The position numbers and the translations under genes were made by a program. A stretch of DNA of 64,000 nt from an uncultured Chloroflexia bacterium (lineage in GTDB: Bacteria > Chloroflexota > Limnocylindria > Limnocylindrales > CSP1-4): positions 1 through 64,000 of the forward strand of contig CAWHDR010000002.1 of NCBI GenBank assembly GCA_963828165.1, given 5' to 3'. The notes under the pieces are model-generated. The model was not told where the DNA came from, made no database searches, and worked only from the letters and a program-made list of their open reading frames with translations. Shown one piece after another: positions 58,824 through 64,000 of this stretch. Position 1 is the stretch's first letter. Every line of letters begins with the position of its first letter.

Positions 58824-60250
58824 CGGTGGTAGACCGTCCCTCCTGGCACGCGCTCCTTGTTGATCCGTCGGGCAAGGTGGAGACCCTCGAGCAGGAACTC
58901 CACCGCCGATGCGACGACGGCCGGCTCCTCGGCCCCGTCCGTCACGTCGAACGTGCCCAGATCGCGGACGGCGTCGCGCAGGCCCGGCACTTCGCGCGCC
59001 CAGGCCACATATTCGCGCGATGGCGTGCGCTCGCCGGTCTCGACCGTGAAGCCGTCCTCGAAGGCGTCGACGACCGGATCGAGGTCGTCGAGCGTGACCC
59101 GACGGGTGAACGTGGCGTACAGCGCCTTCGTGATCAGCCGCTCGACGATGCGCTCCTCGGGCGACTCATCGCCGATGGACTCGAGCTCCACCTTGCCGAC
59201 GGTCGAGGCGACGACCGCTCCCAGATCCGAGACGCGGGGTGCGGCCAACGACTCCCCGAGCCGGATCGCGCGTTTCAGCGCCGTCGCCTCGAGCACCTCC
59301 ATGTTCGCCACGGAGACGCGGACCGACACGCCCGACCGCTGGCTGATCTCCGGGGAGCGGCGCGCGAGGTGCGTCAGCTCGGCGACCGCCTCCTCCATGA
59401 ATGGCGGCACGACCACGACCGGCGAGCCCTCGGCCACGGCGAATCGGTGCTTCTCCTGGCGGACGATCGACATCTCGTCGTCCAGCGTGAGTGGATAGTG
59501 CGTCCGGATCTGCGAACCCAGGCGGTCCTTGAGCGGGGTGATGATCCGGCCACGCGACGTGTAGTCCTCGGGGTTCGCCGAGGCGACCACGTACAGGTCC
59601 AGCGGCAGGCGGACGGTGAACCCGCGGATCTGGACGTCGCGTTCTTCCAGCACGTTGAGCAGCCCCACCTGGATCCGCTCGGCCAGGTCGGGCAGCTCGT
59701 TGATCGCCACGATGCCGCGGTTCGCGCGTGGGATCAGCCCGTAGTGGAGGGTCAGCTCGTCGGAGAGGTAGCGGCCCTCCGCGACCTTGATCGGGTCCAC
59801 CTCCCCGATGAGATCGGCGATCGTGATATCCGGCGTCGCGAGCTTCTCGGCGTAGCGACGGTCGCGTGGGAGCCAGTCGACCGCGGTCTCATCTCCGTCG
59901 CGTTCCACGATGGCCTTGGCGGCCGGGCTGACCGGCGCATACGGGTCGTCGTTGAGCTCACCGCCGCGAACGATCGGGATCCACTCGTCCAGGAGGCCGA
60001 CCAGCAGGCGTGCCATCCGGGTCTTCGCCTGGCCACGTTCGCCAAGGAACACGATGTCGTGTCCCGCCAGGATCGCATTCTCGATCGCGGGCAGCACTGT
60101 CTCCTCGAACCCGACGACCGTCGGAAGCACCTCGGCCCCGGTCTCCAGGCGATCGAGCAGGTTCGACCGAAGCTCTTCCTTGACGGTCCGGGAGCGCCAG
60201 CCGGCGGCCCGCAGTTCGGCGGTGGTGGCGGGACGGGCGGGGGTCGGCAT
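58820..60250 (-). CDS. Magnesium-chelatase/MoxR-like AAA+ ATPase (Rv0958-like)
   Basis: GERGQAKT, EKLATPD, NELPDL, ANPEDY, LKDR. Confidence 0.9.
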   Translation of the reverse strand: MPTPARPATTAELRAAGWRSRTVKEELRSNLLDRLETGAEVLPTVVGFEETVLPAIENAILAGHDIVFLGERGQAKTRMARLLVGLLDEWIPIVRGGELNDDPYAPVSPAAKAIVERDGDETAVDWLPRDRRYAEKLATPDITIADLIGEVDPIKVAEGRYLSDELTLHYGLIPRANRGIVAINELPDLAERIQVGLLNVLEERDVQIRGFTVRLPLDLYVVASANPEDYTSRGRIITPLKDRLGSQIRTHYPLTLDDEMSIVRQEKHRFAVAEGSPVVVVPPFMEEAVAELTHLARRSPEISQRSGVSVRVSVANMEVLEATALKRAIRLGESLAAPRVSDLGAVVASTVGKVELESIGDESPEERIVERLITKALYATFTRRVTLDDLDPVVDAFEDGFTVETGERTPSREYVAWAREVPGLRDAVRDLGTFDVTDGAEEPAVVASAVEFLLEGLHLARRINKERVPGGTVYHR

Positions 60251-60259
60251 GCGGTGACC

Positions 60260-61249
60260 TCAGTTCGCGATGGGCGTGGCGCCGGCGGCGCTGGTCGTGC
60301 TTCGGTAGCCGTCGATCGCGGCGCGCACGGCGTCGACAGCGACGATGCCGGCCTCAGCCAGGCCGGCGAGGTAGTCGCGACGGCGATCGACCTCGAGCTC
60401 GAAGTCGCCGGCCTTGCGCCCGACGCGCAGCGCAAGCTCGGGAGTGACGCCCCAGCCGAAGTGCTCGAACCGATCCTGATCCGGGTCCCACGTCGCGAGG
60501 ACGGCGGGGCCGAGTCGCTGGACATGGCCGTGCTCGTCGCGCGACGTCGGTCGCACGTAGTGCGCGGCGATGACCCGACGAACGCCCTCGCGGATGGACC
60601 GCAGGATCAGCACGATCCCGAGCCGCGACAGCTCGTCGTCGCTGAGCTCCACCGGCGGATGGCGAAGGGCGTCGAAGACCTCATCGAGTGAGTCGGCGTG
60701 GATCGTGGCGGCCAGGCCATAGCCGATGGTCACGGCCCGGATCGCGATGCGCGCCTCCTCGCCCCAGGTGTACGACGGGAGGTGATCGGAGAACTCGGGC
60801 ACGACGAGCACCGTGTCGTCGGGGCGGATCGGTGGGGTCGGGGTGTGGGCCGGCTGGTCTCCGCCGCGCGGCCGCCGCCAACCCAGCTCGGTGGCTTGCG
60901 GCAGCCAGTCGAAGGTCTCGGTCGCGCCCTGGAGCTCGACCGTCCGGCTGCCCCGCGGCAGGAAGTCGAGGAGGGCGTCGAGGAGCGTGGATTTGCCGAC
61001 CTGCCGGGCCTCCGCGGCCACGATGACCGGGACGCGGCCCTCGATGAGGACCCACAGCGTCGCCGCCAGCTCCGCATCGAGCGTGCCGGCACGCAGCAGT
61101 TCCACGATGGAACGCGGCGTCGGTGGCACGTGCCGGACGGCCCACCGGCCCCGCGCTGGCGAGGTGTCGGCCAAGGGGATCTCCGAACGCTCCAATGGTG
61201 GTTCCCCGTTCGGGGCGGCCAGCGTACGGCCGACCCCCTGGAGCGTCAA
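60260..61249 (-). CDS. Short VirB11/CpaF-like P-loop ATPase; start uncertain
   Basis: SIVELLRAGTLD, VGKSTLL.ALL, ATIHADS. Confidence 0.7.
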   Translation of the reverse strand: MTLQGVGRTLAAPNGEPPLERSEIPLADTSPARGRWAVRHVPPTPRSIVELLRAGTLDAELAATLWVLIEGRVPVIVAAEARQVGKSTLLDALLDFLPRGSRTVELQGATETFDWLPQATELGWRRPRGGDQPAHTPTPPIRPDDTVLVVPEFSDHLPSYTWGEEARIAIRAVTIGYGLAATIHADSLDEVFDALRHPPVELSDDELSRLGIVLILRSIREGVRRVIAAHYVRPTSRDEHGHVQRLGPAVLATWDPDQDRFEHFGWGVTPELALRVGRKAGDFELEVDRRRDYLAGLAEAGIVAVDAVRAAIDGYRSTTSAAGATPIAN

Positions 61250-61305
61250 ACGCCGCTCCGATACCTGCCGATCCGCGGCGTCATCGGTCGCCTACCATCG
61301 GGGAC

Positions 61306-61887
61306 GTGACCCTCGAGATCGTGCCGCTGACGCCGAAACGCATCTCCGACCTCGGGACCCTGTTCGACCAGGGTGGCGACCCGAAATGGTGCTGGTGCTC
61401 GTACTTCCGGGTCCGCGGGCGCGACTGGACGAACGCGTCTGTGGCCGAGAACCGCGAGCTCCTCGAGAGGGCGGCGCGAAGGCGCCACCACGCGCCCGGA
61501 CTGGTCGCGTACGAAGAGGGCACCGTCGTGGGCTGGGTGAGCCTCGGTCCGCGCGAGGATTACGAGCGACTGGCCTATTCCAAGGTCCTCGCCCCCGTCG
61601 ACGAGGTCCCGGTCTGGTCGATCGTGTGCTTCGTCGTCGGGCGGCTATCGCGCGGTCAGGGCGTGGCCGGCGAGCTCCTCGCCGCCGCCATCGACTATGC
61701 CCGCGCGCTCGGCGCGACGACGCTCGAGGCGTACCCGGTCGACGTGCCAAAGGGCGAACGGATCGCCTCGGCGAGCGTCTACCACGGCACGCTCGGCATG
61801 TTCAAGCGCGCCGGGTTCAAGATCGTGGAACGCCGCCGCGCCAACAAGGCCAGCCCGGTCCGGCCGATCGTCCGCCTCGCGCTCTGA
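61306..61887 (+). CDS. GNAT-family N-acetyltransferase
   Basis: CWC, VGW..GPR, WSIVCFVV..RGQGVA, LEAYP, MFKRAGF. Confidence 0.9.
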   Translation: MTLEIVPLTPKRISDLGTLFDQGGDPKWCWCSYFRVRGRDWTNASVAENRELLERAARRRHHAPGLVAYEEGTVVGWVSLGPREDYERLAYSKVLAPVDEVPVWSIVCFVVGRLSRGQGVAGELLAAAIDYARALGATTLEAYPVDVPKGERIASASVYHGTLGMFKRAGFKIVERRRANKASPVRPIVRLAL

Positions 61888-61981
61888 GCCTCGGGAGGCC
61901 GGCCGTGGGCGCGGGGGGCGGGGCGCTGCCAGGGGTGCCGCCGGGAGCCTGGACCTGCTGACCCTGGCGATGCAGCGGCGC

Positions 61982-62184
61982 ATGCACGCCACGTGTTCAT
62001 TCCGCGGGCATCGGTGCGACAACGGTCCGGCCGTCGACCCAGGTTCCTGTCTTCGACGGCGCGCTGCACACGACATGCGCAGCGGCACCGACAACGGCGT
62101 GATCCCAGGGCCCCATCGACCGTGGATGTCGGCGCGGCGCTGCTTGTCAGCGCGAAAACCCGGCAAATGAACATGGTGCGTGCA
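61982..62184. repeat. ~200-bp solo element with imperfect terminal inverted repeats (copy B)
   Basis: TGCACGCCACGTGTTCATTCCGCGGG versus reverse complement of the right end TGCACGCACCATGTTCATTTGCCGGG: 20 of 26 match. Confidence 0.55.
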
Positions 62185-62300
62185 CGTCGACGTCGTCGGC
62201 CACCGGCGGGTCCCGTCGACGGTCGTCGGCGAGAGCATCCGAGCCTCCGATGACGCGCCTACGTCATCTGTCGCGGCCCGGCCATCGTCATCCGACGACG

Positions 62301-62330
62301 TTGACATGGCCCAGCCCGAACGCCTAGACT
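62301..62330 (+). promoter_or_regulatory. Sigma70-type promoter
   Basis: TTGACA-N18-TAGACT. Confidence 0.7.
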
Positions 62331-62390
62331 GCCCGCTGGCGCGCAAGTCGCACGCCCTCGTCTAGCTCAAAGTTTGGAGGCGGTCTCCGA

Positions 62391-62474
62391 ATGAAGATGC
62401 TGCTGAATCTCCGACGCACCGTGGCGCCTATCGGCGCAGCGGATCGCGGGAGATCTGTGCCCATCTCGAGCTAG
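62391..62474 (+). CDS. Putative 27-aa leader peptide MKMLLNLRRTVAPIGAADRGRSVPISS
   Basis: GGAGG RBS upstream; lies between the promoter and the terminator that precede the ABC operon. Confidence 0.5.
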   Translation: MKMLLNLRRTVAPIGAADRGRSVPISS

Positions 62475-62510
62475 CCGCAGGCGGCAGGACCGCCTTCCGG
62501 ACAGAACCCG

Positions 62511-62542
62511 AGCCGTGGGCCAGATCAGGCCCCGGCTTTTTT
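62511..62542 (+). terminator. Intrinsic terminator in the 5' leader (attenuator)
   Basis: agccgtgggcc-agatca-ggccccggct followed by a T run, about 140 nt before the ABC ATPase start. Confidence 0.75.
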
Positions 62543-62683
62543 GATGTCCCTCCCCTGCCGCCCGGCAGGACCCAGGAACCGACATCACGAGCCGCGAGGC
62601 CACCCGACGAAGCGTCGGACGAGGCCCGCGGCTCGTTCTTTCCCCGGAACCTCCCTCCCACCCCACGACCCAGGAGCCACGAA

Positions 62684-63571
62684 GTGACCGCCACCTTGAC
62701 CAACCAACTGAAGACGACGACTCCGGTGGCTCGGCCGGCGTCCTCGGCCGTGACGTCGGCGGTGCCTGCCCTGCTCATGGAGGGCGTCAGCAAGTCGTTC
62801 GTCGTCGGCCGAAAGCGCAAGCCGGTGGCCGCGATCACCGATGTGTCGTTGCGCCTCGAGCGCGGCGACATCCACGGGATCCTCGGCGCCAACGGCTCGG
62901 GAAAGTCGACCCTCATCCGCCTCATCAGCGGGCTCCTGACCCTGGATTCGGGGCGGGTGGAGGTGTTCGGCCACGACCTGGAGCGCGAGGAGATGCAGGT
63001 CAAGCGACTGATCAACCGGGTCAGCGTGGACGCCGCGTTCTTCAAGAAGCTCAGCCCGATGGAGAACCTGTTGTTCGCGGCGCGGCTCTATGGCCTCGAT
63101 GGCAAGACCGCCCGCGCCGACGCGATCTCGATCATGGGCCGGCTCGGCATCAGCGAGAAGCGTGTCGGGCGGCCCGTGGAGCAGATGAGCCGAGGGATGC
63201 AGCAGAAGGTCGCGATCGCGCGAGCCCTGCTGACCAGCCCGACGCTCCTGCTCCTGGACGAACCGACGACCGGCCTGGACCCGCGCAGCAAGCTCGACGT
63301 CCAGACCTTCATCGAGGAGATCAACCAGACCCATGACGCGACGATCGTCCTGACGACCCACGACCTGGCCGAGGCCGAACGCCTCTGTGCACAGATCACG
63401 GTCCTCAACGACGGCCGGATCATCACCGACGGCACCCCGACCGAGCTCAAGGCGCAGACCACGCAACGCCTGGGCCGCGAGGCGTCCCTCGAGGACGTGT
63501 TCATGACCTACACCGGCCGCTCCCTCGACGACGACGTCGACGAGGACGAGAGCGGCGACGACGAAGACTGA
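62684..63571 (+). CDS. ABC-2 type exporter ATP-binding protein (DrrA-like)
   Basis: GANGSGKS, MSRGM, LLDEPTTGLDP, TTHD, SLEDVF. Confidence 0.92.
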   Translation: MTATLTNQLKTTTPVARPASSAVTSAVPALLMEGVSKSFVVGRKRKPVAAITDVSLRLERGDIHGILGANGSGKSTLIRLISGLLTLDSGRVEVFGHDLEREEMQVKRLINRVSVDAAFFKKLSPMENLLFAARLYGLDGKTARADAISIMGRLGISEKRVGRPVEQMSRGMQQKVAIARALLTSPTLLLLDEPTTGLDPRSKLDVQTFIEEINQTHDATIVLTTHDLAEAERLCAQITVLNDGRIITDGTPTELKAQTTQRLGREASLEDVFMTYTGRSLDDDVDEDESGDDED

Positions 63572-63591
63572 CCGGAAAGGAGGTGAGAACC

Positions 63592-63780
63592 ATGCACTTC
63601 AATCAGACGGCCTTGGAACTGGCGCGCATGCGCCAGGAGGAGCTGATCGCGGAGGCCGCGCAAGCGCGCCAACTCGAGCAGCGCCCATCGACCATCCGCC
63701 AATTCGTCGGTCGCCGCGTCATCGCGGTGGGCCAGAAGATCGCCGCGGAACCCCATTTCGAGCTGGCTCGGTCCCGATAG
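63592..63780 (+). CDS. Small helical hypothetical protein (62 aa)
   Basis: Strong AAAGGAGGT RBS; LARMRQEELIAEAAQAR helix. Confidence 0.7.
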   Translation: MHFNQTALELARMRQEELIAEAAQARQLEQRPSTIRQFVGRRVIAVGQKIAAEPHFELARSR

Positions 63781-63816
63781 GGCCGGGTCAGCTCCCTCGA
63801 ACCAGGAGATCCTCTC

Positions 63817-64000
63817 GTGACCATCGTCGCCCATGAGCTGAAGGCCTCATACGCCTTCATCGAGCGCAACTTCTTTCTCACTCGCCGCTACTGGGGTTGG
63901 GAAGTCGCCTTCCTGATCTATTCGGTCGCGGGCGCGCTTTCGATCTCGCTCATCGGTGCCGACCAGGGTGATCCCACGCTGTTGCTGACACTGATGGTGG
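63817..64000 (+). CDS. ABC-2 type permease, 5' part, truncated by the window edge
   Basis: AGGAG RBS with GTG; AFIERNFFLTRRYWGWEVAFLIY then hydrophobic helices; follows the ABC ATPase. Confidence 0.8.
   Translation, partial: MTIVAHELKASYAFIERNFFLTRRYWGWEVAFLIYSVAGALSISLIGADQGDPTLLLTLMV

Overview
High-GC bacterial chromosome segment made mostly of housekeeping and metabolic genes. Gene content and style suggest Chloroflexota, possibly Limnocylindria/Ellin6529-like (inference only). In order it carries: fhaA-fhaB-rodA-pbpA; a divergent zinc-ribbon/Ala-Glu coiled-coil protein with a small zinc-ribbon/HTH/YihY operon; a GH13/Gfo/GH38/sugar-ABC locus; valS with a Val T-box; an AAA-LuxR regulator with a palindromic operator and two divergent target genes; an XRE-HTH/nuclease-fold gene; tig-clpP-clpX; tRNA-Leu(TAG); cinA; a CRP/MBL-hydrolase/class III cyclase cluster; mrp; a pot-type ABC transporter; GcvT-like oxidoreductase plus hisN; PadR; an M23 peptidase; a Ser/Thr kinase and a metallophosphoesterase; a choline-kinase-like gene and an APC permease; a methyltransferase; a class II aldolase; an AAA/VWA pair; a GNAT; and an ABC exporter behind a leader peptide and terminator. 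No CRISPR array, rRNA, integrase or transposase was seen. Main leads: (1) a ~190-bp element with inverted-repeat ends, found once against the start of the XRE/nuclease-fold gene and once alone 36 kb away; (2) a compact cyclic-nucleotide circuit with a CooA-type TGTCA-N6-CGACA box and a non-canonical cyclase; (3) a leader-peptide attenuator on an ABC exporter; (4) a two-helix insertion in the EAA loop of PotB; (5) widespread leaderless promoter architecture. Five or six genes are broken by a single extra base, most likely sequencing error. All calls come from reading the sequence by eye; no searches were run.
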